Assembly (NCBI GenBank): GCA_963699195.1
Contig: OY969420.1
Location: forward strand, 570,733-634,732
Direction of reading: 5' to 3'
DNA length: 64,000 nucleotides
From: an uncultured bacterium
GTDB taxonomy: Bacteria; Patescibacteriota; Saccharimonadia; Saccharimonadales; DATKHC01
The translations under genes were made by a program, and so were the position numbers. The notes under the pieces were generated by a model. The model was given only the letters and a program-made list of their open reading frames with translations, did not search any database and was not told the DNA's origin. Of this stretch, positions 48,545-58,254 are shown piece by piece; position 1 is the stretch's first letter, and each line of letters begins with the position of its first letter.

Positions 48545-50523
48545 ATGGAGTTATCAGATAAATTGACGGTACTGAGTGGAGTTGGTGATGTTGTTGCGCG
48601 TAAATTTACGTCCCTAGGGATTAATAGCGTAGAAGAATTACTAACATACTATCCTCGAAAATATAATGATTTTTCTCAGGTAGTCCCAATTAACAAAACA
48701 AAACCTGGTGCGGTAACAATTAAAGCAAAATTACCAATGCAAAGCCAGACGAGCTAGACATGGGCTTCATATAACCGAGGCGATAGCCAGTGATGATACT
48801 GGTAGTATATATCTGGTGTGGTTCAATCAACCCTATCGAGCAGCGGCATTAAAGATGATGCCGAATATTATATTTCGGGTGAGTTTGGGCTTCATCGACA
48901 ACGGATGAGCATGATAAATCCATCAGTTGAACATGGTTAGTAGCTTTCCTATAAACACAGCTCAGGATTGTACCCGTTTATAAAGAAACAAAGGGATTAA
49001 GCTCAATACAGATTAGAAGAGCAATAAAACCTGCTCTGGCATACTTAAAACTAGTTAAAGAGAGCTTGCCTGAGTGGATGCTAAAAGAATATCATTAATG
49101 CCCGATACTCAAGCAATTGAGATCATGCATTTTCCTGATATCAAACGAAGAACTATCAAAGGCTAAACATCGAATAGCATTTGAAGAAGTATTTGATCTT
49201 AGTCTTGCGGCTCTTATTGAATAAAAATGAATTATTAAGTGAAAAAGCACTAAGTATAAAATTTAATAACAAATTAGCAAAAGAATTTGTAGCGAATTTG
49301 CCGTTTAAATTAACTGACTGAGCAAAGAACAGTTGCTTGGCAAATCCTACAAGATATTGAAAAAACTGTACCAATGAATCGATTACTAGAAGGCGACGTT
49401 GGTACTGGTAAAACGGTTGTTGCGACTATGGCGGCATATATGACTATGAACGAGGGATTTCAAGTAGCTCTTATGGCACCAACCGAGCTATTAGCACGAC
49501 AGCATGCAGACACGATTTACAGAAATATTAAAACCGTTTAAACTATGATCAACAAAGTTGGGCTATTAATAGGTAGTCATAAATCTGCACAAAAGACTCA
49601 GGTGATTGAAAGAACTAAATAGTGGACGAAATTGGTTTTATTATTGGCACGCATAGTCTTAATTCAAGAAAAAGTTAGCCTAAAAAAACTTGGATTAATA
49701 ATTGTTGACGAACAGCATCGTTTCGGCGTTAAACAAAGGCAGGCTTTAATGCTTAAAGCTGGTCATATGCCACATTTACTATCAATGACTGCAACACCGA
49801 TACCAAGGAGTCTTCAGCTAACACTATATGGTGATTTGATGTATCAGTAATTAGAAAAAAACCATACACTGATTTAGCCAGTAAAAACTAAAATAATTTC
49901 TCTAAATAAAAGATACTGATTTATATAAATCAGTTAATTCCAAGTGATAAAAAACAAAAAACAGATATTTGTGGTCTGTCCGCTTATCTCCGACTCAGAT
50001 AGTTTGCCTTTAGATCAGCAGAAAAAGTATATGAAGAACTTTCAGTAAAGGAGTATATAAAGACTTTAGCGTAGGACTTCTTCATAGCAAGCTAAAGACA
50101 GAAGAAAAAGAAAAAATTATGAAAGATTTCGTTGACCATAAAATTGATGTGCTGGTGGCCACGACGATTATTGAGGTTGGCGTAAACATCCCAAATGCCA
50201 GCGTAATGGTGATAGAAAGTGCTGAGAGATTTGGTTTGGCTCAGACACATCAACTAAGGGGTAGGGTTGGACGAAATCACGAACAAGGCTACTGCTATTT
50301 ACTGCTTGATGATAACAATCAGCCAAGCGCTAGGTTAAGAGCACTTGAAACTACAACTGATGGCTTTAAGCTGGCTGAGCTTGACTTAAAGATACGTGGT
50401 CCAGGAGTTATTTATGGAACTATGCAACATGGTCATGATGGATTGGATTTAAAAGTAGCTAGATTAACTGATCAAGATTTAATAATCGAGGCTCGAAGAG
50501 CGGCCAGAGAGTTTATCAGATAG
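48545..50523 (+). pseudogene. recG: ATP-dependent DNA helicase RecG. Frameshifts throughout the 5' three-quarters; the last ~460 nt are clean
   Basis: Wedge domain start (LSGVGDVVARKFTSLGI), Walker A (GDVGTGKT), [17 protein letters not shown], then an intact helicase C-terminal part (VATTIIEVGVNIPNASVMV ... QLRGRVGR). The last frame change I can place is near 50060. Confidence 0.8.
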
Positions 50524-50624
50524 AGGCGAAAATTTGTTACAATATGTACAGCTTAATAAGCGAGTCGAACGAATTAGATCAGTGACAAATTTGAACTAAG
50601 CCTCGTTTATTATTCAAACTAAAA

Positions 50625-51452
50625 ATGTACTCCGGAACAACCTTAACTCGCTTTTCTGGCAGAGTCATTGGTACTCACCAGAAAGTTGATCGAGTTGCTA
50701 GAAAACAGCTAGCGACCTTAGTTAAAAATCGCAATATTTTCCCAAGTGCAACTAAAATTCTTGTTTTTGAAGGTAAGAACGGACCTGATGCGATTAAACG
50801 AAAAAGCCCGGCTAAGAGATGAACCATGGCATTTTTATAGCCCTTTTGATGAAGATGATTCTAGGCTTAATCGAGCTTATCAAAGAGCATTATAAAAACC
50901 TAGTTAAAGAATTACAGGCTAATAATAGTGAGAGAATTTCATTTGAAGCAGCCTGGCTAGCTCATGCAATTGTTGATGGCTTGACGCCGGCCCATCATTA
51001 TCCGTATGAAGCAGAAACTAAACGAGATAGGTGATGGTGAAAGCATTGAGAACCGAACGTCAATAAGAAAGAAATGGTTACCCAAGGGGCCAACCGCACG
51101 AGGGACGGTTAAAAATACTTGGAAGATGTGGGGGCCAAAGGGATTAATTAGTACTCATAGTTATTTTGAATTTGGAGTTGCAATATTACTTGCTCCGCTC
51201 TCGGTTGAAGCTGCTGACATAACAAAAGCTGAGATTGATAACATGCTAAAAATTGGGATTATCGAAGTATTTAAAAATACTGCTAGGGAAATTGCCGTAT
51301 TGGATATTTACCATGATTATATTAGGCGTGGCTGGACGCCTCGAAGTGCGTATCAGGTCAGGCAAAAGCTATACCCAGCACTAGTTAAAACGGTAGCTCT
51401 TGCTTGGTATAGCGCATTAATTGATGCGGATATAGTAAAAGTAAAAAAATGA
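50625..51452 (+). pseudogene. Hypothetical protein in three frames (2 frameshifts near 50820 and 51020)
   Basis: ORFs 50625..50822, 50819..51034 and 51006..51452 are colinear. The His/Asp-rich motif WLAHAIVDGLTPAHH hints at a zinc-dependent phospholipase C / P1-nuclease-like fold. Low confidence. Confidence 0.35.
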
Positions 51453-51964
51453 GAATAATAGCTGGCAAACTTGGGTGGTAGAAATTTTGATACTACAGCC
51501 AAAGCTACTCATCCAATGAGCGAGAAAATGCGTGGTGCTATATTTAGTGCGTTAGGAGATATCGAAGGATTACTATCTTAGACGTTTGCTCCGGGACCGG
51601 TGCAATTTCGTTTGAGGCTATCAGTAGAGGTGCGATTAGTGCTGTTGCGGTAGAGTCTAATAAGCGAGCTCAAGAGGATATTGCCCTGAACATAAAAAAG
51701 TTGGGCTTAGGTGATTCAGTTAAGCTGGTGAGCGCTAATTTTTATTCTTGGCAGCAATATAACTACGATAAATTTGATATTGTAGTAGTCGATCCTCCAT
51801 ATAATGATCCTCAGGTCTATCAGATTGGGTTTTTAGAGACAAAGCTTGAGCATGACGGAATTATTATACTGTCTCTACCGCCAGATTCAGAATTACCTGA
51901 GTTTAAAAATCTAGAAAAGATATCAGAAAAGAATTATGGTGATAGTAAGCTAGTGTTTTTATAA
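51449..51964 (+). pseudogene. rsmD: 16S rRNA (guanine966-N2)-methyltransferase RsmD-like, 2-3 frameshifts
   Basis: MRIIAGKLGG..., HPMSEKMRGAIFSALG, and GSGAISFEAISRGA in a shifted frame. DIVVVDPPY is in the intact 3' ORF 51701..51964. Confidence 0.7.
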
Positions 51965-51990
51965 AAATAATCTGTAAAATAGCTTATATC

Positions 51991-52075
51991 GGGCGAGTGG
52001 TGGAATTGGTAGACACGCATGCCTTAGGAGCATGTGCCGCAAGGCGTGAAGGTTCAAGTCCTTTCTCGCCCACCA
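51991..52075 (+). tRNA. tRNA-Leu (anticodon UAG), type II with long variable arm, CCA encoded
   Basis: Hand-folded. Acceptor GGGCGAG/CTCGCCC, anticodon stem CATGC/GCATG with loop CTTAGGA, variable arm GCC-GCAA-GGC, T arm GAAGG-TTCAAGT-CCTTT, discriminator A, then CCA. Confidence 0.9.
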
Positions 52076-52092
52076 AGATTACGAAAAACAAA

Positions 52093-53784
52093 CTATTTTT
52101 CAACCGGTTGAGCTATACCGGTTTTTTTCGGTAAGAATAGTGTTAGCACCAGAGTGAGCGCCAGTAGGAAGACTCCATATATAGACGACCACCTAAATGC
52201 ATTGGCGAAGTTATCAGCGTTGGCTTGCAGGGCATCCTTGGATACAGCCTGGGTTATTGCGTTGTTAACCTTAGTGCTAGAAACCTCATTACAGCTTGGA
52301 GGTACTACACTGGAATCTTTCTCAGTTGATCTGTCAACAAAACATTCTCTAGTATTATTAATTATGTCAGTCTGAGCCGCAGCGGGAACATGAAGAGAAG
52401 TTAGGGTTGATCTAATATTTGGGTTAACTTTACTAAAGCTTGCGGTTGAGGCATGGCTGAGTTGTCCGAAAAATATTACGCCAATAACAGCAACACCGAT
52501 AGCTCCGCCTAGTTGTTGGACTGCATTTAATGTACCGGAAGCTGATCCGGCGTGAGTAGGGTCAACACCGTTTAATACAATCGCAAATAGTGACCCGAAA
52601 ACAAAGCCCATGCCTACGCCCATAATTAGGAGCCCAGGTATTAGTTGCCATGAATGAATGTAGAGACTGTAGTGGTAAATGGTGTAGGTGGTAATAGCTA
52701 TACCAGTAGACATAACAATTGTCCCAAATATAGTAGCTTTCTTACCGATCTTAGATATTTTGTTGCCAAATACTGCCATGGCTACTGTGATACCGATAGC
52801 AAGTGGTATACCAGTTATTGCTGCATGAAGTGGGCTGTAAAGTGCACCAATTTGTAGGAACAGCCCAAACGTCAGAAAGAAACCTATCATAGCCATTTCA
52901 AAGATGGTATTAATGCCCAGCCCCAGTTTAAATGCTAGCTTTTTGAGTAGTGAAGGGAGTATTAACGGTGAACTGTCTTTCTTCATTTTCACTTTTTGCC
53001 ACCAGTTAAATATAACGAACATAGGTATAGACAGTGCCATCATGATAAATGTCCAGATTGGCCAGTCAAGTTCCCTACCTTCAATTAGTGGAAACATTAA
53101 CAGAAGTAAGGCAATTACTATTAAAATGGTACCAGTAATATCTAGCTTAAGAGGATGTGGTGACTTACCGTTTGGAAGGTACTTTACCGCCATTACAAGT
53201 CCAAAAATACCAACGGGAACATTAATTAGAAAAATTGGTCGCCAATGCAATCCCCAAATATTGGCTTGAATAAGTAGCCCGCCAACGATTGGACCCAGAG
53301 TCGCAGCTACGCCTGCCAATCCCCCGAAGAGCCCATTAATTGGGCCTCGTTCTTCCGGTTTATACATAACCTGCATTAACGACATAACTTGTGGCACCAT
53401 AAGGGCTGCCATTGAACCTTGAAGTATACGGGAAGCTATCAACATCTGCGGGTCTTGGGCCAGGCCACTAAGTAGCGACGCAATCGTAAATCCGCCAACT
53501 CCAACCATGAACAGCTTTTTGTAACCAAAAACATCGCCCATTCTTCCGCCAGTTACAAGCAGCACGGCAAAGGCCAGGGAATACCCGGCGATAATCCATT
53601 GAATATCTGAATAACTGGCACCTAGGCTAATACGGATTGACGGAATTGCAATGTTAACAATAGTTGAATCCAAAAGATCCATAATAAAAGCTAGGGATAC
53701 TATTATTAATGCGATGGTTCGTTGTTTGTGGCTGAATGAGGAAGCGTGTTCCTGGGCTGACATCGTAGTTTCGGCGGTAGCCAT
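52093..53784 (-). CDS. MFS transporter, DHA2 (EmrB/QacA-like) family
   Basis: Intact 563-aa hydrophobic ORF. GGRMGDVFGYKKLF motif. Paralogous in architecture to the MFS gene at 12319..14007. Confidence 0.85.
   Translation of the reverse strand: MATAETTMSAQEHASSFSHKQRTIALIIVSLAFIMDLLDSTIVNIAIPSIRISLGASYSDIQWIIAGYSLAFAVLLVTGGRMGDVFGYKKLFMVGVGGFTIASLLSGLAQDPQMLIASRILQGSMAALMVPQVMSLMQVMYKPEERGPINGLFGGLAGVAATLGPIVGGLLIQANIWGLHWRPIFLINVPVGIFGLVMAVKYLPNGKSPHPLKLDITGTILIVIALLLLMFPLIEGRELDWPIWTFIMMALSIPMFVIFNWWQKVKMKKDSSPLILPSLLKKLAFKLGLGINTIFEMAMIGFFLTFGLFLQIGALYSPLHAAITGIPLAIGITVAMAVFGNKISKIGKKATIFGTIVMSTGIAITTYTIYHYSLYIHSWQLIPGLLIMGVGMGFVFGSLFAIVLNGVDPTHAGSASGTLNAVQQLGGAIGVAVIGVIFFGQLSHASTASFSKVNPNIRSTLTSLHVPAAAQTDIINNTRECFVDRSTEKDSSVVPPSCNEVSSTKVNNAITQAVSKDALQANADNFANAFRWSSIYGVFLLALTLVLTLFLPKKTGIAQPVEK
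52102..52128 (+). terminator. Rho-independent terminator for tRNA-Leu, embedded in the 3' end of the convergent MFS gene
   Basis: AACCGGT-TGAGCTAT-ACCGGTT followed by a T-run, read on the plus strand. The same bases encode ...KKTGIAQPVEK* on the minus strand. Confidence 0.5.
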
Positions 53785-53832
53785 CTAGTTTTTACCTGTT
53801 TTCTTCATGGATTTTATATTATAGCGTTAGGG

Positions 53833-54330
53833 TTATTTTTCATCAATTAGCTTAGATAGCTTATCTTTAGTTTCTTTGAATATCTTCTTAACTTCTTCAT
53901 TTTTCTTATCATCATTTTGAGCAGCAATCTGTCTCAGTATAATCATAGATTCAAAAAAGGTTACTTTTAATTCTTTGAAATTCTTGGCATTCTTAGGCTT
54001 TTCTTCCCAGGGTGCTTTAAATTCTTCTGCCTGTGCGGCGTCTTCTTTGCCTTTGTCAGTTAGGCTATAGACCTTCTTACCATTAATTTCTTTACTGGTA
54101 ACAAGCTCTTGTTCCTCTAGTAGTTGAAGAGTTGGATAAACTGATCCAGCGCTAGGGCGCCACATCCCGTGACTTTTTTCTTCTAGCTGGCTAATTATTT
54201 CATAGCCATGCATTGGCTTGGATTGAAGCAAACGTAGAATTATTGGTTTCATATCACCTCGTCTAGCGCGATGTCCGCCGTGCCATCCTCTCATTCCTCC
54301 AAAATCAGCCCAAGTCTCATTGTTATACAT
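53833..54330 (-). CDS. PadR-family transcriptional regulator
   Basis: ILRLLQSKPMHGYEIISQLEEKSHGMWRPSAGSVYPTLQLLEEQELV is a PadR winged helix. It lies upstream of the MFS gene on the same strand. Confidence 0.85.
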   Translation of the reverse strand: MYNNETWADFGGMRGWHGGHRARRGDMKPIILRLLQSKPMHGYEIISQLEEKSHGMWRPSAGSVYPTLQLLEEQELVTSKEINGKKVYSLTDKGKEDAAQAEEFKAPWEEKPKNAKNFKELKVTFFESMIILRQIAAQNDDKKNEEVKKIFKETKDKLSKLIDEK

Positions 54331-54472
54331 ATAAATTCCTTTCTAGTGCGATATAACGCGATATATCTTTACGGGCTTTAGTATATTAACGATATATCTT
54401 TATGTCAATACTTTTTTTCTCCAACAATGGACACCTTCACTTGGTACAATGGTATGTATTAGGAGGGAAAGT

Positions 54473-54805
54473 ATGACATTTGATGAGTATCAAAAACACG
54501 CACTAACTACAGCGTATGACAATAAAGACGCCCTTATGAATAAAACCATATGGGCTATGGGTGTGGCCGGCGAAGCCGGAGAGGTTATAGAGAAATGGAA
54601 GAAGATAGTCGCCTATAAAGATGGGGCTGTCAGTGAAGAAGATAAGCTAGACCTTAGCAAAGAACTAGGCGATGTAGTTTGGTATATAACTGTGTTTGCA
54701 GATTCTCTGGGCGTTCGTCTTGAGGATGTTATGCAACTCAATGTGGCTAAGTTAAAAGATCGTAAAAAACGCAAAGTTATTATGGGCAAAGGCGATAATA
54801 GATAA
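54473..54805 (+). CDS. MazG-like nucleoside triphosphate pyrophosphohydrolase
   Basis: FDEYQKHALTTA ... GEAGEVIEKWKK ... ELGDVVWYI (EEXX(E/D) motifs). The ATG at 54473 is preceded by AGGAGGG. Confidence 0.8.
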   Translation: MTFDEYQKHALTTAYDNKDALMNKTIWAMGVAGEAGEVIEKWKKIVAYKDGAVSEEDKLDLSKELGDVVWYITVFADSLGVRLEDVMQLNVAKLKDRKKRKVIMGKGDNR

Positions 54806-54816
54806 TAGGAGAATTT

Positions 54817-55320
54817 ATGATGACAAACGAAGTATTAATAGACGCATTTAATCGCATCAATAAGGTTGTTCATCAGACGCTCAAAGGCCTAAGCGACAAT
54901 GATCTACTATTTATTATGGATAAAGTCCCAAATTCAATTGCCTGGCTTACCTGGCATTTAACTCGAATACAAGATGATCATATTGCCGGTGCATTTAATA
55001 TTGACCAAGTTTGGACAAGCAAAGGCTGGTACGAAAAATTTGATTTGCCTTTTGATAAGCTTGCAACCGGCTGGAGCCAGACATCAAAAGAGACTAGGCA
55101 GGTCATTGTCGGCTCTAAGTTACTACTAGGATATCTTGATGAGGTAACGGAAGTTACAATTAAGTGCATTAAGGGGCTGAAAGATTCTGACTATAAAAAA
55201 GTAGTTGATGAGCACTGGGATCCGCCGGTAACTATGGCGGTAAGGTTAATAAGCGTTATATCTGATGATCTTCAGCACGCAGGTCAAGCGGCATACCTTA
55301 GGGGAATTATTAAAAATTAA
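54817..55320 (+). CDS. DinB-family (DinB_2-like) four-helix-bundle protein
   Basis: 167-aa ORF with spaced His residues (WLTWHLTRIQDDHI ... DDLQHAGQAAYLRG), as in DinB/YfiT-like proteins. Confidence 0.7.
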   Translation: MMTNEVLIDAFNRINKVVHQTLKGLSDNDLLFIMDKVPNSIAWLTWHLTRIQDDHIAGAFNIDQVWTSKGWYEKFDLPFDKLATGWSQTSKETRQVIVGSKLLLGYLDEVTEVTIKCIKGLKDSDYKKVVDEHWDPPVTMAVRLISVISDDLQHAGQAAYLRGIIKN

Positions 55321-56306
55321 CCTTGGGTCACCGTAAAACCGCTGCCATTGCCGGTTATAGAAGATGGTGTAACAATTGGCTGGTCAGCGTTATTTACCAT
55401 GGTTACGCTGGACGAACTAGCATTGAATATATTAACGGAGTTACCGTTGTCTATGGTAGATCCGCCACTAAACGTAACTGATCCAAAGTTATCGAGCGGA
55501 GCTAGGCTACCGCCTGCGAAACTCGGATCTTCTTCTATCCATTCTGCAGAGCTATTAGTTGAGGCATAGCTAACATTATGTGTCCAAGTTTGCCCATCAG
55601 TATGATCAACAATACTAAATGTCCAAATATTAGTAGAAATTTCATTTATCGATGCACTAATTGAATCACCTGCACTTACACTAACGCCTGGAACTAATTC
55701 GGCTTGAGTTGGCAGCATTTCAAAGAATGGCTCATAAGTTACTTGTCCACCTGCACTAACGTCTTCTAAAGTACCAATTTGAATAAGGTCATCACTCGTT
55801 ACTCCGCCAATGCCGATCCAGGCTGTATCGGCGGATTCTGTAGACCCGTTGCCTGTTACATGTGGGATTGTCCATGAGCCAGAAATGGATGTAAACTTTC
55901 CAGTCGTTGCTAGATAGCCGGACCAATTGGTTGAACTATAGCTAACATTGGAAGATTGACCTCCAGAGCCACCAGACTGTGAACCGCCAGAGCCTGAGCC
56001 AGTTGGTGTAAGGGTGTTAACGCTGCTTTGTGGCGCAGGAGTAACAGCCACGGTCGTTTTAGGAATAACCGTAGTTTTTTTCACTGGCGCTGTTGGTGCT
56101 GGTGTAGTTGAAACGGAAGTGTTAGGAACTGCGGTGTGGTCTGGAACTTTCGAAATAGTCTGTCTAACGGGTTGTTGGATAGTCGGAGTTTGTACTATGG
56201 CGTTTTTCTTGGACATTGGTCTGCCAATTAAACCAACAACTATAACTATTGCTAAACCTTCTAATATTAGTGTTAATTTTTGGTGTCGTTTTGTAAATCC
56301 GTACAT
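55317..56306 (-). CDS. Secreted/anchored protein with a peptidase G1 (A4, eqolisin)-like concanavalin-fold domain
   Basis: 329-aa ORF. N-terminal TM, Thr/Pro/Ser/Gly-rich linker, then SSTNWSGYLA...FTSISGSWTIPHV...TAWIGIGG...LIQIGT, reminiscent of the glutamic peptidase family. The assignment is from memory of the family motif. Confidence 0.55.
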   Translation of the reverse strand: MYGFTKRHQKLTLILEGLAIVIVVGLIGRPMSKKNAIVQTPTIQQPVRQTISKVPDHTAVPNTSVSTTPAPTAPVKKTTVIPKTTVAVTPAPQSSVNTLTPTGSGSGGSQSGGSGGQSSNVSYSSTNWSGYLATTGKFTSISGSWTIPHVTGNGSTESADTAWIGIGGVTSDDLIQIGTLEDVSAGGQVTYEPFFEMLPTQAELVPGVSVSAGDSISASINEISTNIWTFSIVDHTDGQTWTHNVSYASTNSSAEWIEEDPSFAGGSLAPLDNFGSVTFSGGSTIDNGNSVNIFNASSSSVTMVNNADQPIVTPSSITGNGSGFTVTQG

Positions 56307-56346
56307 TTTTCCATTTTGTATTTATCAGATACTTATATTCTAACAA

Positions 56347-56811
56347 CTATTTTGATAAATAGGAAAAAATAGTTACGGGTGACTTGTTACTAATCTTTTC
56401 AGTAATTGGTTCAGTCATTAAAAACTTTGGCCATAGATCTATAGTAGTTGGGTCAACAAATTCTATTTTCTCTATCTCTTGTTCGCCATGGGTAGTGCTG
56501 GAGATGTCGATATTTAAGAAATCTTCTCCGTTCTTAATATGAAAGAAGAACTCTAAGTGATCGGTGTTTCTTTCTTCTAGGCTGTATTGCTGAATATATA
56601 GAAGCTCACCAATCTCACCCTCAACACCTGTTTCTTCCAATATCTCTCTTTTAACTCCGTCGATTAATGACTCTTGTTCTTCAAGACCGCCACCAGGTAC
56701 TGCCCATATGTTTCTGTGCGTAGAATGGAAAGAATTGTATGGTTTATGTACTAAGCAAAGTAGCTTACCTTCGTGCATTATTATCGCCCTTACTGCGATA
56801 CGTCTCTTCAT
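56347..56811 (-). CDS. NUDIX hydrolase
   Basis: Nudix box GGGLEEQESLIDGVKREILEETGV. Confidence 0.85.
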   Translation of the reverse strand: MKRRIAVRAIIMHEGKLLCLVHKPYNSFHSTHRNIWAVPGGGLEEQESLIDGVKREILEETGVEGEIGELLYIQQYSLEERNTDHLEFFFHIKNGEDFLNIDISSTTHGEQEIEKIEFVDPTTIDLWPKFLMTEPITEKISNKSPVTIFSYLSK

Positions 56812-56891
56812 GAAGTTAATAATATCAGAGATATAGATCTATTTTTGGTAGATGTGGCAATTATATTTAGTTTTTGTTAAAGTTAACTCCT

Positions 56892-58190
56892 ATGCAGGTA
56901 AAACGAACTAATAAATCAGACAACGAAGTTGTCCTCTTAATTACTGGTGACCTTGTTGAGCTTGGTCCACTTAGGGAACATATTCTAAAGGATCACTTTG
57001 CTCAAGATGTTAAACTACCAGGCTTTCGGCAAGGTAAGGCTCCCCTAAATCTAGTTGAAAAAAACATAAATCAACAGGAATTCCAGACTAAATTCTTGGA
57101 TGAAGCTCTAAACAACTTATATGGAGCAGCAATAGATCAAGAAAAGATACGCGCAATTGATCAACCTAAAGTTGAAGTTAAGAAATTTGTGCCATATACT
57201 TTGGTTGAATTTGAAGTAGTTATTCCAGTGCTTGGAAAAGTTACTCTTCCTGATTACAAGAAAATTAAGCTAGCAAAACCGTTACCCAAGCCAGTTACCC
57301 CACAAGAAATTGATCAAGTCCTGAAAAGATTGCAAATTCAGCTTGCAGAAAAAAAGGACGTTAATCGAGCGGCCAAGAATGAGGATCAAGTATATATTGA
57401 CTTCAAAGGAGTTGACGATAAGGGCAACGCTGTTTCTGGGGCAGAAGGCAGAGATTTCCCATTAGTTCTAGGCAGTGATAGTTTTATACCTGGTTTTGAA
57501 AAGAATTTAGTTGGCCTTAAGCCCGGGGCTGAAAAGACATTTACGCTTAAATTCCCAAAAGACTACTTAGTTAGTGCATTGGCCAGTAAAAACGTCACAT
57601 TTACGGTTACGGTAATAAAAGTACAAGAAGTTAGTGACCCAAAGCTAGATGATGAATTTGCTAAGAAGGTCGGTAGTTTTGAGACAATGGCTGAGCTTAA
57701 GAAAAGCATTAAAGCCCAGCTAACAGAAGAAAAAGAAAATACTGAGAATAGAGAATATGAATCAAAGCTACTAGAGCAAATCACAGATAAAAGTAAGGTA
57801 ACGATTCCAGACTTACTAGTTGACGCCGAAGTTGAGAATAGATTATCTAGCTTTAAGACGGAATTAGGCTATCAGGGGCGAACATTTGATGAATTTTTAA
57901 AGGGTGAAGGTCAAACCGAAGCTGAATATATTGAAAAAGTAGTAAAACCAGATTCAATAAAAAGACTGAAAGCATCAATTGTACTATCTGAAATATCTGA
58001 TATAGAGCAGATACCCCTATCCAATGAAGAAGTTGATGCTCGACTCCAACAAATGAATGCCCAGTATCAAGACGCAAGATCACAGGCGGATCTAGCTAAA
58101 CCAGAAGCTAGACGTGAAGTAGCTAGTAGATTGTTGGCTGAAAAAACTATCGCAAAACTAGTCGATTACGCAACCAGATCCACTAAGTAA
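56892..58190 (+). CDS. tig: Trigger factor
   Basis: MQVKRT... N-terminus with GFRQGKAP, a central FKBP-type PPIase region and a C-terminal arm domain. The ATG at 56892 is preferred over the TTG at 56874. Confidence 0.9.
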   Translation: MQVKRTNKSDNEVVLLITGDLVELGPLREHILKDHFAQDVKLPGFRQGKAPLNLVEKNINQQEFQTKFLDEALNNLYGAAIDQEKIRAIDQPKVEVKKFVPYTLVEFEVVIPVLGKVTLPDYKKIKLAKPLPKPVTPQEIDQVLKRLQIQLAEKKDVNRAAKNEDQVYIDFKGVDDKGNAVSGAEGRDFPLVLGSDSFIPGFEKNLVGLKPGAEKTFTLKFPKDYLVSALASKNVTFTVTVIKVQEVSDPKLDDEFAKKVGSFETMAELKKSIKAQLTEEKENTENREYESKLLEQITDKSKVTIPDLLVDAEVENRLSSFKTELGYQGRTFDEFLKGEGQTEAEYIEKVVKPDSIKRLKASIVLSEISDIEQIPLSNEEVDARLQQMNAQYQDARSQADLAKPEARREVASRLLAEKTIAKLVDYATRSTK

Positions 58191-58210
58191 CAGAGACTAA
58201 GCATAATAAA

Positions 58211-58237
58211 TTAGCACTCTTGACTCACGAGTGCTAA
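58211..58237 (+). promoter_or_regulatory. CIRCE element (HrcA operator) overlapping the predicted clpP promoter
   Basis: TTAGCACTC-TTGACTCAC-GAGTGCTAA, identical to the copy at 36009 including spacer and flanks. -35 TTGACT (58220-58225), 17-nt spacer, -10 TATTAT (58243-58248), ATG at 58255. Confidence 0.85.
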
Positions 58238-58254
58238 TTGTCTATTATGTATAT

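Noticed and set aside
51991-56873. A cleanly delimited genomic island integrated into tRNA-Leu
   Set aside because: I found no direct repeat of the tRNA-Leu 3' end (GGTTCAAGTCCTTTCTCGCCCACCA or a sizeable part of it) near the tig-proximal boundary, and no integrase. It is reported only as a loose accessory cluster.
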